Of a stretch of DNA of 64,000 nucleotides, positions 50,301 through 63,500 are shown in pieces (the first letter of the stretch is position 1; every line of letters starts with the position of its first letter). The position numbers and the translations under genes were made by a program. Origin of the DNA: Eledone cirrhosa. Taxonomy: Eukaryota. Location of the stretch: NCBI GenBank assembly GCA_964016885.1, contig OZ024758.1:36766001-36830000 (forward strand). The letters are read 5' to 3'. Below the pieces are notes generated by a model. It ran no database searches. It worked only from the letters and a program-made list of their open reading frames with translations, and was not told the origin of the DNA.

Positions 50301-53300
50301 ACTGTTGGTGAGAATTCATTTAAGTTCATGGTATTAGCTGTCAGAAGTAACTCCACTGTTGGTGAGAATTCATTTAGGTTCATGGTATTAGCTGTCAGAA
50401 GGAACTCCAATGTTGGTGAGAATTCATTTAAGTCATGGTACTAGCTGTCAGAAGTAACTCCACTGTTGGTGAGAATTCATTTAAGTTCATGGTATTAGCT
50501 GTCAGAAGTAACTCCACTGTTGGTGAGAATTCATTTAAGTTCATGGTACTAGCTGTCAGAAGTAACTCCAATGTAGGTGAGAATTCATTTAAGTTCATGG
50601 TATTAGCTGTCAGAAGTAACTCCACTGTTGGTGAGAATTCATTTAAGTTCATGGTACTAGTTGTCAGAAGTAACTCCACTGTTGGTGAGAATTCATTTAA
50701 GTTCATGTTACTAGCTGTCAGAAGTAACTCCACTGTTGGTGAGAATTCATTTAAGTTCATGGTATTAGTTTGTCAGAAGTAACTCCACTGTTGTTGAGAA
50801 TTCATTTAAGTTCATGGTATTAGCTGTCAGAAGTAACTCCACTGTTGGTGAGAATTCATTTAAGTTCATGGTACTAGCTGTCAGAAGTAACTCCAATGTT
50901 GGTGAGAATTCATTTAAGTTCATGGTATTAGCTGTCAGAAGTAACTCCACTGTTGGTGAGAATTCATTTAAGTCATGGTATTAGCTGTCAGAAGTAACTC
51001 CAATGTTGGTGAGAATTCATTTAAGTTCATGGTATTAGCTGTCAGAAGTAACTCCACTGTTGGTGAGAATTCATTTAAGTTCACGGTACTAGCTGTCAGA
51101 AGTAACTCCACTGTTGGTGAGAATTCATTTAAGTTCATGGTATTAGTTTGTCAGAAGTAACTCCACTGTTGGTGAGAATTCATTTAAGTCATGGTATTAG
51201 TTGTCAGAAGTTTACTCCAATGTTGGTGAGAATTCATTTAAGTTCATGGTACTATCTGTCAGAAGTAACTCCACTGTTGGTGAGAATTCATTTAAGTTCA
51301 TGGTATTAGCTGTCAGAAGTAACTCCACTGTTGGTGAGAATTCATTTAAGTCATGGTATTAGCTGTCAGAAGTAACTCCAATGTTGGTGAGAATTCATTT
51401 AAGTCATGGTACTAGCTGTCAGAAGTAACTCCAATGTTGGTGAGAATTCAGTTAAGTTCATGGTATTAGCTGTCAGAAGGAACTCCACTGTTGGTGAGAA
51501 TTCATTTAAGTTCATGGTATTAGCTGTCAGAAGTAACTCCACTGTTGGTGAGAATTCATTTAAGTTCATGGTACTAGCTGTCAGAAGTAACTCCACTGTT
51601 GGTGAGAATTCATTTAAGTTCATGGTACTAGCTGTCAGAAGTAACTCCACTGTTGGTGAGAATTCAGTTAAGTTCATGGTATTAGTTGTCAGAAGTAACT
51701 CCACTGTTGGTGAGAATTCATTTAAATCATGGTATTAGTTGTCAGAAGTAACTCCAATGTTGGTGAGAATTCATTTAATTTCATGGTACTAGCTGTCAGA
51801 AGTAACTCCACTGTTGGTGAGAAATCATTTAAGTCATGGTATTAGTTGTCAGAAGTAACTCCAATGTTGGTGAGAATTCATTTAAGTTCATGGTACTAGC
51901 TGTCAGAAGTAACTCCACTGTTGGTGAGAATTCATTTAAGTTCATGGTATTAGCTGTCAGAAGTAACTCCACTGTTGGTGAGAATTCATTTAAGTCATGG
52001 TATTAGTTGTCAGAAGTAACTCCAATGTTGGTGAGAATTCATTTAAGTTCATGGTACTAGCTGTCAGAAGTAACTCCACTGTTGGTGAGAATTCATTTAA
52101 GTTCATGGTATTAGCTGTCAGAAGTAACTCCACTGTTGGTGAGAATTCATTTAAGTTCATGGTATTAGCTGTCAGAAGTAACTCCACTGTTGGTGAGAAT
52201 TCATTTAAGTTCATGGTATTAGCTGTCAGAAGTAACTCCACTGTTGGTGAGAATTCATTTAAGTTCATGGTATTAGCTGTCAGAAGGAACTCCAATGTTG
52301 GTGAGAATTCATTTAAGTCATGGTATTAGCTGTCAGAAGTAACTCCATTGTTGGTGAGAATTCATTTAAGTCATGGTACTAGCTGTCAGAAGTAACTCCA
52401 CTGTTGGTGAGAATTCATTTAAGTTCATGGTATTAGCTGTCAGAAGGAACTCCACTGTTGGTAAGAATTCATTTAAGTTCATGGTATTAGCTGTCAGAAG
52501 TAACTCCACTGTTGGTGAGAATTCATTTAAGTTCATGGTACTAGCTGTCAGAAGTAACTCCACTGTTGGTGAGAATTCATTTAAGTTCATGGTACTAGCT
52601 GTCAGAAGTAACTCCACTGTTGGTGAGAATTCATTTAAGTTCATGGTACTAGCTGTCAGAAGTAACCCCAATGTTGGTGAGAATTCATTTAAGTTCATGG
52701 TATTAGCTGTCAGAAGTCACTCCAATGTTGGTGAGAATTCATTTAAGTTCATGGTATTAGCTGTGAGAAGTCACTCCACTGTTGGTGAGAATTCATTTAA
52801 GTTCATGGTATTAGCTGTCAGAAGTACCTCCACTGTTGGTGAGAATTCATTTAAGTTCATGGTATTAGCTGTCAGAAGTAACTCCACTGTTGGTGAGAAT
52901 TCATTTAAGTTCATGGTATTAGCTGTCAGAAGGAACTCCAATGTTGGTGAGAATTCATTTAAGTCATGGTACTAGCTGTCAGAAGTAACTCCACTGTTGG
53001 TGAGAATTCATTTAAGTTCATGGTATTAGCTGTCAGAAGTAACTCCACTGTTGGTGAGAATTCATTTAAGTTCATGGTACTAGCTGTCAGAAGTAACTCC
53101 AATGTTGGTGAGAATTCATTTAAGTTCATGGTATTAGCTGTCAGAAGGAACTCCACTGTTGGTGAGAATTCATTTAAGTTCATGGTATTAGCTGTCAGAA
53201 GTAACTCCACTGTTGGTGAGAATTCATTTAAGTTCATGGTACTAGTTGTCAGAAGTAACTCCACTGTTGGTGAGAATTCATTTAAGTTCATGTTACTAGC

Positions 53301-56200
53301 TGTCAGAAGTAACTCCACTGTTGGTGAGAATTCATTTAAGTTCATGGTATTAGTTTGTCAGAAGTAACTCCACTGTTGGTGAGAATTCATTTAAGTTCAT
53401 GGTATTAGCTGTCAGAAGTAACTCCACTGTTGGTGAGAATTCATTTAAGTTCATGGTACTAGCTGTCAGAAGTAACTCCAATGTTGGTGAGAATTCATTT
53501 AAGTTCATGGTATTAGCTGTCAGAAGTAACTCCACTGTTGGTGAGAATTCATTTAAGTCATGGTATTAGCTGTCAGAAGTAACTCCAATGTTGGTGAGAA
53601 TTCATTTAAGTTCATGGTATTAGCTGTCAGAAGTAACTCCACTGTTGGTGAGAATTCATTTAAGTTCACGGTACTAGCTGTCAGAAGTAACTCCACTGTT
53701 GGTGAGAATTCATTTAAGTTCATGGTATTAGTTTGTCAGAAGTAACTCCACTGTTGGTGAGAATTCATTTAAGTCGTGGTATTAGTTGTCAGAAGTTTAC
53801 TCCAATGTTGGTGAGAATTCATTTAAGTTCATGGTACTAGCTGTCAGAAGTAACTCCACTGTTGGTGAGAATTCATTTAAGTTCATGGTATTAGCTGTCA
53901 GAAGTAACTCCACTGTTGGTGAGAATTCATTTAAGTCATGGTATTAGCTGTCAGAAGTAACTCCACTGTTGGTGAGAATTCATTTAAGTTCATGGTACTA
54001 GCTGTCAGAAGTAACTCCACTGTTGGTGAGAATTCATTTAAGTTCATGGTACTAGCCGTCAGAAGTAACTCCACTGTTGGTGAGAATTCAGTTAAGTTCA
54101 TGGTATTAGTTGTCAGAAGTAACTCCACTGTTGGTGAGAATTCATTTAAATCATGGTATTAGTTGTCAGAAGTAACTCCAATGTTGGTGAGAATTCATTT
54201 AAGTTCATGGTACTAGCTGTCAGAAGTAACTCCACTGTTGGTGAGAATTCATTTAAGTTCATGGTATTAGCTGTCAGAAGTAACTCCACTGTTGGTGAGA
54301 ATTCATTTAAGTCATGGTATTAGCTGTCAGAAGTAACTCCATTGTTGGTGAGAATTCATTTAAGTCATGGTACTAGCTGTCAGAAGTAACTCCACTGTTG
54401 GTGAGAATTCATTTAAGTTCATGGTATTAGCTGTCAGAAGGAACTCCACTGTTGGTAAGAATTCATTTAAGTTCATGGTATTAGCTGTCAGAAGTAACTC
54501 CACTGTTGGTGAGAATTCATTTGAGTTCATGGTACTAGCTGTCAGAAGTAACTCCACTGTTGGTGAGAATTCATTTAAGTTCATGGTACTAGCTGTCAGA
54601 AGTAACTCCACTGTTGGTGAGAATTCATTTAAGTTCATGGTACTAGCTGTCAGAAGTAACCCCAATGTTGGTGAGAATTCATTTAAGTTCATGGTATTAG
54701 CTGTCAGAAGTCACTCCAATGTTGGTGAGAATTCATTTAAGTTCATGGTATTAGCTGTCAGAAGTCACTCCACTGTTGGTGAGAATTCATTTAAGTTCAT
54801 GGTATTAGCTGTCAGAAGTACCTCCACTGTTGGTGAGAATTCATTTAAGTTCATGGTATTAGCTGTCAGAAGTAACTCCACTGTTGGTGAGAATTCATTT
54901 AAGTTCATGGTATTAGCTGTCAGAAGTAACTCCACTGTTGGTGAGAATTCATTTAAGTTCATGGTACTAGCTGTCAGAAGTAACTCCACTGTTGGTGAGA
55001 ATTCATTTAAGTTCATGGTACTAGCTGTCAGAAGTAACTCCACTGTTGGTGAGAATTCATTTAAGTTCATGGTACTAGCTGTCAGAAGTAACCCCAATGT
55101 TGGTGAGAATTCATTTAAGTTCATGGTATTAGCTGTCAGAAGTCACTCCAATGTTGGTGAGAATTCATTTAAGTTCATGGTATTAGCTGTGAGAAGTCAC
55201 TCCACTGTTGGTGAGAATTCATTTAAGTTCATGGTACTAGCTGTCAGAAGTACCTCCACTGTTGGTGAGAATTCATTTAAGTTCATGGTATTAGCTGTCA
55301 GAAGTAACTCCACTGTTGGTGAGAATTCATTTAAGTTCATGGTATTAGCTGTCAGAAGGAACTCCAATGTTGGTGAGAATTCATTTAAGTCATGGTACTA
55401 GCTGTCAGAAGTAACTCCACTGTTGGTGAGAATTCATTTAAGTTCATGGTATTAGCTGTCAGAAGTAACTCCACTGTTGGTGAGAATTCATTTAAGTTCA
55501 TGGTACTAGCTGTCAGAAGTAACTCCAATGTTGGTGAGAATTCATTTAAGTTCATGGTATTAGCTGTCAGAAGGAACTCCACTGTTGGTGAGAATTCATT
55601 TAAGTTCATGGTATTAGCTGTCAGAAGTAACTCCACTGTTGGTGAGAATTCATTTAAGTTCATGGTACTAGTTGTCAGAAGTAACTCCACTGTTGGTGAG
55701 AATTCATTTAAGTTCATGTTACTAGCTGTCAGAAGTAACTCCACTGTTGGTGAGAATTCATTTAAGTTCATGGTATTAGTTTGTCAGAAGTAACTCCACT
55801 GTTGGTGAGAATTCATTTAAGTTCATGGTATTAGCTGTCAGAAGTAACTCCACTGTTGGTGAGAATTCATTTAAGTTCATGGTACTAGCTGTCAGAAGTA
55901 ACTCCAATGTTGGTGAGAATTCATTTAAGTTCATGGTATTAGCTGTCAGAAGTAACTCCACTGTTGGTGAGAATTCATTTAAGTCATGGTATTAGCTGTC
56001 AGAAGTAACTCCAATGTTGGTGAGAATTCATTTAAGTTCATGGTATTAGCTGTCAGAAGTAACTCCACTGTTGGTGAGAATTCATTTAAGTTCATGGTAC
56101 TAGCTGTCAGAAGTAACTCCACTGTTGGTGAGAATTCATTTAAGTTCATGGTATTAGTTTGTCAGAAGTAACTCCACTGTTGGTGAGAATTCATTTAAGT
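47100..56200. repeat. ~2.4-2.5-kb higher-order cassette repeated about four times
   Basis: CATGTTAC-containing blocks start at 48013, 50435, 52966 and 55392 (spacings 2,422, 2,531 and 2,426). The pairs 47683/50105 and 48977/51399 also have a 2,422 offset. Confidence 0.8.
54470..55340. repeat. 432-bp (8-monomer) internal tandem duplication, copied again at ~57755-58625 and ~61204-62074
   Basis: The variant series AACCCCAA, GTCACTCCAA, GTCACTCCAC, GTACCTCC appears twice, 432 bp apart (CCCC at 54660 and 55092). This converts the 200-aa pseudo-ORF (52373) into the 344-aa one (+144 aa = 432 bp). Confidence 0.92.
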
Positions 56201-57549
56201 CGTGGTATTAGTTGTCAGAAGTTTACTCCAATGTTGGTGAGAATTCATTTAAGTTCATGGTACTAGCTGTCAGAAGTAACTCCACTGTTGGTGAGAATTC
56301 ATTTAAGTTCATGGTATTAGCTGTCAGAAGTAACTCCACTGTTGGTGAGAATTCATTTAAGTCATGGTATTAGCTGTCAGAAGTAACTCCACTGTTGGTG
56401 AGAATTCATTTAAGTTCATGGTATTAGCTGTCAGAAATAACTCCACTGTTGGTGAGAATTGATTTAAGTTCATGGTACTAGCTGTCAGAAGTAACTCCAC
56501 TGTTGGTGAGAATTCATTTAAGTTCATGGTACTAGCTGTCAGAAGTAACTCCACTGTTGGTGAGAATTCAGTTAAGTTCATGGTATTAGTTGTCAGAAGT
56601 AACTCCACTGTTGGTGAGAATTCATTTAAATCATGGTATTAGTTGTCAGAAGTAACTCCAATGTTGGTGAGAATTCATTTAATTTCATGGTACTAGCTGT
56701 CAGAAGTAACTCCACTGTTGGTGAGAAATCATTTAAGTCATGGTATTAGTTGTCAGAAGTAACTCCAATGTTGGTGAGAATTCATTTAAGTTCATGGTAC
56801 TAGCTGTCAGAAGTAACTCCACTGTCGGTAAGAATTCATTTAAGTTCATGGTATTAGCTGTCAGAAGTAACTCCACTGTTGGTGAGAATTCATTTAAGTC
56901 ATGGTATTAGTTGTCAGAAGTAACTCCAATGTTGGTGAGAATTCATTTAAGTTCATGGTACTAGCTGTCAGAAGTAACTCCACTGTTGGTGAGAATTCAT
57001 TTAAGTTCATGGTTTTAGCTGTCAGAAGTAACTCCACTGTTGGTGAGAATTCATTTAAGTCATGGTATTAGCTGTCAGAAGTAACTCCAATGTTGGTGAG
57101 AATTCATTTAAGTCTTGGTACTAGCTGTCAGAAGTAACTCCAATGTTGGTGAGAATTCAGTTAAGTTCATGGTATTAGCTGTCAGAAGGAACTCCACTGT
57201 TGGTGAGAATTCATTTAAGTTCATGGTATTAGCTGTCAGAAGTAACTCCACTGTTGGTGAGAATTCATTTAAGTTCATGGTACTAGCTGTCAGAGGTAAC
57301 TCCACTGTTGGTGAGAATTCATTTAAGTTCATGGTACTAGCCGTCAGAAGTAACTCCACTGTTGGTGAGAATTCAGTTAAGTTCATGGTATTAGTTGTCA
57401 GAAGTAACTCCACTGTTGGTGAGAATTCATTTAAATCATGGTATTAGTTGTCAGAAGTAACTCCAATGTTGGTGAGAATTCATTTAAGTTCATGGTACTA
57501 GCTGTCAGAAGTAACTCCACTGTTGGTGAGAATTCATTTAAGTTCATGG

Positions 57550-60500
57550 TATTAGCTGTCAGAAGTAACTCCACTGTTGGTGAGAATTCATTTAAGTCAT
57601 GGTATTAGCTGTCAGAAGTAACTCCATTGTTGGTGAGAATTCATTTAAGTCATGGTACTAGCTGTCAGAAGTAACTCCACTGTTGGTGAGAATTCATTTA
57701 AGTTCATGGTATTAGCTGTCAGAAGGAACTCCACTGTTGGTAAGAATTCATTTAAGTTCATGGTATTAGCTGTCAGAAGTAACTCCACTGTTGGTGAGAA
57801 TTCATTTGAGTTCATGGTACTAGCTGTCAGAAGTAACTCCACTGTTGGTGAGAATTCATTTAAGTTCATGGTACTAGCTGTCAGAAGTAACTCCACTGTT
57901 GGTGAGAATTCATTTAAGTTCATGGTACTAGCTGTCAGAAGTAACCCCAATGTTGGTGAGAATTCATTTAAGTTCATGGTATTAGCTGTCAGAAGTCACT
58001 CCAATGTTGGTGAGAATTCATTTAAGTTCATGGTATTAGCTGTCAGAAGTCACTCCACTGTTGGTGAGAATTCATTTAAGTTCATGGTATTAGCTGTCAG
58101 AAGTACCTCCACTGTTGGTGAGAATTCATTTAAGTTCATGGTATTAGCTGTCAGAAGTAACTCCACTGTTGGTGAGAATTCATTTAAGTTCATGGTATTA
58201 GCTGTCAGAAGTAACTCCACTGTTGGTGAGAATTCATTTAAGTTCATGGTACTAGCTGTCAGAAGTAACTCCACTGTTGGTGAGAATTCATTTAAGTTCA
58301 TGGTACTAGCTGTCAGAAGTAACTCCACTGTTGGTGAGAATTCATTTAAGTTCATGGTACTAGCTGTCAGAAGTAACCCCAATGTTGGTGAGAATTCATT
58401 TAAGTTCATGGTATTAGCTGTCAGAAGTCACTCCAATGTTGGTGAGAATTCATTTAAGTTCATGGTATTAGCTGTGAGAAGTCACTCCACTGTTGGTGAG
58501 AATTCATTTAAGTTCATGGTACTAGCTGTCAGAAGTACCTCCACTGTTGGTGAGAATTCATTTAAGTTCATGGTATTAGCTGTCAGAAGTAACTCCACTG
58601 TTGGTGAGAATTCATTTAAGTTCATGGTATTAGCTGTCAGAAGGAACTCCAATGTTGGTGAGAATTCATTTAAGTCATGGTACTAGCTGTCAGAAGTAAC
58701 TCCACTGTTGGTGAGAATTCATTTAAGTTCATGGTATTAGCTGTCAGAAGTAACTCCACTGTTGGTGAGAATTCATTTAAGTTCATGGTATTAGTTTGTC
58801 AGAAGTAACTCCACTGTTGGTGAGAATTCATTTAATTCATGGTATTAGTTGTCAGAAGTAACTCCAATGTTGGTGAGAATTCATTTAAGTCATGGTACTA
58901 GCTGTCAGAAGTAACTCCAATGTTGGTGAGAATTCATTTAAGTTCATGGTATTAGCTGTCAGAAGGAACTCCACTGTTGGCGAGAATTCATTTAAGTTCA
59001 TGGTACTAGCTGTCAGAAGTAACTCCAATGTTGGTGAGAATTCATTTAAGTTCATGGTATTAGCTGTCAGAAGTAACTCCACTGTTGGTGAGAATTCATT
59101 TAAGTCATGGTATTAGCTGTCAGAAGTAACTCCAATGTTGGTGAGAATTCATTTAAGTTCATGGTACTAGCTGTCAGAAGTAACTCCACTGTTGGTGAGA
59201 ATTCATTTAAGTTCATGGTATTAGTTTGTCAGAAGTAACTCCACTGTTGGTGAGAATTCATTTAAGTCATGGTATTAGTTGTCAGAAGTTTACTCCAATG
59301 TTGGTGAGAAATCATTTAAGTCATGGTATTAGCTGTCAGAAGTAACTCCATTGTTGGTGAGAATTCATTTAAGTCATGGTACTAGCTGTCAGAAGTAACT
59401 CCACTGTTGGTGAGAATTCATTTAAGTTCATGGTATTAGCTGTCAGAAGGAACTCCACTGTTGGTAAGAATTCATTTAAGTTCATGGTATTAGCTGTCAG
59501 AAGTAACTCCACTGTTGGTGAGAATTCATTTAAGTTCATGGTACTAGCTGTCAGAAGTAACTCCACTGTTGGTGAGAATTCATTTAAGTTCATGGTACTA
59601 GCTGTCAGAAGTAACTCCACTGTTGGTGAGAATTCATTTAAGTTCATGGTACTAGCTGTCAGAAGTAACCCCAATGTTGGTGAGAATTCATTTAAGTTCA
59701 TGGTATTAGCTGTCAGAAGTCACTCCAATGTTGGTGAGAATTCATTTAAGTTCATGGTATTAGCTGTGAGAAGTCACTCCACTGTTGGTGAGAATTCATT
59801 TAAGTTCATGGTATTAGCTGTCAGAAGTACGTCCACTGTTGGTGAGAATTCATTTAAGTTCATGGTATTAGCTGTCAGAAGTAACTCCACTGTTGGTGAG
59901 AATTCATTTAAGTTCATGGTATTAGCTGTCAGAAGGAACTCCAATGTTGGTGAGAATTCATTTAAGTCATGGTACTAGCTGTCCGAAGTAACTCCACTGT
60001 TGGTGAGAATTCATTTAAGTTCATGGTATTAGCTGTCAGAAGTAACTCCACTGTTGGTGAGAATTCATTTAAGTTCATGGTACTAGCTGTCAGAAGTAAC
60101 TCCAATGTTGGTGAGAATTCATTTAAGTTCATGGTATTAGCTGTCAGAAGGAACTCCACTGTTGGTGAGAATTCATTTAAGTTCATGGTATTAGCTGTCA
60201 GAAGTAACTCCACTGTTGGTGAGAATTCATTTAAGTTCATGGTACTAGTTGTCAGAAGTAACTCCACTGTTGGTGAGAATTCATTTAAGTTCATGTTACT
60301 AGCTGTCAGAAGTAACTCCACTGTTGGTGAGAATTCATTTAAGTTCATGGTATTAGTTTGTCAGAAGTAACTCCACTGTTGGTGAGAATTCATTTAAGTT
60401 CATGGTATTAGCTGTCAGAAGTAACTCCTCTGTTGGTGAGAATTCATTTAAGTTCATGGTACTAGCTGTCAGAAGTAACTCCAATGTTGGTGAGAATTCA

Positions 60501-63500
60501 TTTAAGTTCATGGTATTAGCTGTCAGATGTAACTCCACTGTTGGTGAGAATTCATTTAAGTCATGGTATTAGCTGTCAGAAGTAACTCCAATGTTGGTGA
60601 GAATTCATTTAAGTTCATGGTATTAGCTGTCAGAAGTAACTCCACTGTTGGTGAGAATTCATTTAAGTTCACGGTACTAGCTGTCAGAAGTAACTCCACT
60701 GTTGGTGAGAATTCATTTAAGTTCATGGTATTAGTTTGTCAGAAGTAACTCCACTGTTGGTGAGAATTCATTTAAGTCGTGGTATTAGTTGTCAGAAGTT
60801 TACTCCAATGTTGGTGAGAATTCATTTAAGTTCATGGTACTAGCTGTCAGAAGTAACTCCACTGTTGGTGAGAATTCATTTAAGTTCATGGTATTAGCTG
60901 TCAGAAGTAACTCCACTGTTGGTGAGAATTCATTTAAGTCATGGTATTAGCTGTCAGAAGTAACTCCACTGTTGGTGAGAATTCATTTAAGTTCATGGTA
61001 TTAGCTGTCAGAAGTAACTCCACTGTCGGTGAGAATTCATTTAAGTCATGGTATTAGCTGTCAGAAGTAACTCCATTGTTGGTGAGAATTCATTTAAGTC
61101 ATGGTACTAGCTGTCAGAAGTAACTCCACTGTTGGTGAGAATTCATTTAAGTTCATGGTATTAGCTGTCAGAAGGAACTCCACTGTTGGTAAGAATTCAT
61201 TTAAGTTCATGGTATTAGCTGTCAGAAGTAACTCCACTGTTGGTGAGAATTCATTTGAGTTCATGGTACTAGCTGTCAGAAGTAACTCCACTGTTGGTGA
61301 GAATTCATTTAAGTTCATGGTACTAGCTGTCAGAAGTAACTCCACTGTTGGTGAGAATTCATTTAAGTTCATGGTACTAGCTGTCAGAAGTAACCCCAAT
61401 GTTGGTGAGAATTCATTTAAGTTCATGGTATTAGCTGTCAGAAGTCACTCCAATGTTGGTGAGAATTCATTTAAGTTCATGGTATTAGCTGTCAGAAGTC
61501 ACTCCACTGTTGGTGAGAATTCATTTAAGTTCATGGTATTAGCTGTCAGAAGTACCTCCACTGTTGGTGAGAATTCATTTAAGTTCATGGTATTAGCTGT
61601 CAGAAGTAACTCCACTGTTGGTGAGAATTCATTTAAGTTCATGGTATTAGCTGTCAGAAGTAACTCCACTGTTGGTGAGAATTCATTTAAGTTCATGGTA
61701 CTAGCTGTCAGAAGTAACTCCACTGTTGGTGAGAATTCATTTAAGTTCATGGTACTAGCTGTCAGAAGTAACTCCACTGTTGGTGAGAATTCATTTAAGT
61801 TCATGGTACTAGCTGTCAGAAGTAACCCCAATGTTGGTGAGAATTCATTTAAGTTCATGGTATTAGCTGTCAGAAGTCACTCCAATGTTGGTGAGAATTC
61901 ATTTAAGTTCATGGTATTAGCTGTGAGAAGTCACTCCACTGTTGGTGAGAATTCATTTAAGTTCATGGTACTAGCTGTCAGAAGTACCTCCACTGTTGGT
62001 GAGAATTCATTTAAGTTCATGGTATTAGCTGTCAGAAGTAACTCCACTGTTGGTGAGAATTCATTTAAGTTCATGGTATTAGCTGTCAGAAGGAACTCCA
62101 ATGTTGGTGAGAATTCATTTAAGTCATGGTACTAGCTGTCAGAAGTAACTCCACTGTTGGTGAGAATTCATTTAAGTTCATGGTATTAGCTGTCAGAAGT
62201 AACTCCACTGTTGGTGAGAATTCATTTAAGTTCATGGTATTAGTTTGTCAGAAGTAACTCCACTGTTGGTGAGAATTCATTTAATTCATGGTATTAGTTG
62301 TCAGAAGTAACTCCAATGTTGGTGAGAATTCATTTAAGTCATGGTACTAGCTGTCAGAAGTAACTCCAATGTTGGTGAGAATTCATTTAAGTTCATGGTA
62401 TTAGCTGTCAGAAGGAACTCCACTGTTGGCGAGAATTCATTTAAGTTCATGGTACTAGCTGTCAGAAGTAACTCCAATGTTGGTGAGAATTCATTTAAGT
62501 TCATGGTATTAGCTGTCAGAAGTAACTCCACTGTTGGTGAGAATTCATTTAAGTCATGGTATTAGCTGTCAGAAGTAACTCCAATGTTGGTGAGAATTCA
62601 TTTAAGTTCATGGTACTAGCTGTCAGAAGTAACTCCACTGTTGGTGAGAATTCATTTAAGTTCATGGTATTAGTTTGTCAGAAGTAACTCCACTGTTGGT
62701 GAGAATTCATTTAAGTCATGGTATTAGTTGTCAGAAGTTTACTCCAATGTTGGTGAGAAATCATTTAAGTCATGGTATTAGCTGTCAGAAGTAACTCCAT
62801 TGTTGGTGAGAATTCATTTAAGTCATGGTACTAGCTGTCAGAAGTAACTCCACTGTTGGTGAGAATTCATTTAAGTTCATGGTATTAGCTGTCAGAAGGA
62901 ACTCCACTGTTGGTAAGAATTCATTTAAGTTCATGGTATTAGCTGTCAGAAGTAACTCCACTGTTGGTGAGAATTCATTTAAGTTCATGGTACTAGCTGT
63001 CAGAAGTAACTCCACTGTTGGTGAGAATTCATTTAAGTTCATGGTACTAGCTGTCAGAAGTAACTCCACTGTTGGTGAGAATTCATTTAAGTTCATGGTA
63101 CTAGCTGTCAGAAGTAACCCCAATGTTGGTGAGAATTCATTTAAGTTCATGGTATTAGCTGTCAGAAGTCACTCCAATGTTGGTGAGAATTCATTTAAGT
63201 TCATGGTATTAGCTGTGAGAAGTCACTCCACTGTTGGTGAGAATTCATTTAAGTTCATGGTATTAGCTGTCAGAAGTACGTCCACTGTTGGTGAGAATTC
63301 ATTTAAGTTCATGGTATTAGCTGTCAGAAGTAACTCCACTGTTGGTGAGAATTCATTTAAGTTCATGGTATTAGCTGTCAGAAGGAACTCCAATGTTGGT
63401 GAGAATTCATTTAAGTCATGGTACTAGCTGTCCGAAGTAACTCCACTGTTGGTGAGAATTCATTTAAGTTCATGGTATTAGCTGTCAGAAGTAACTCCAC

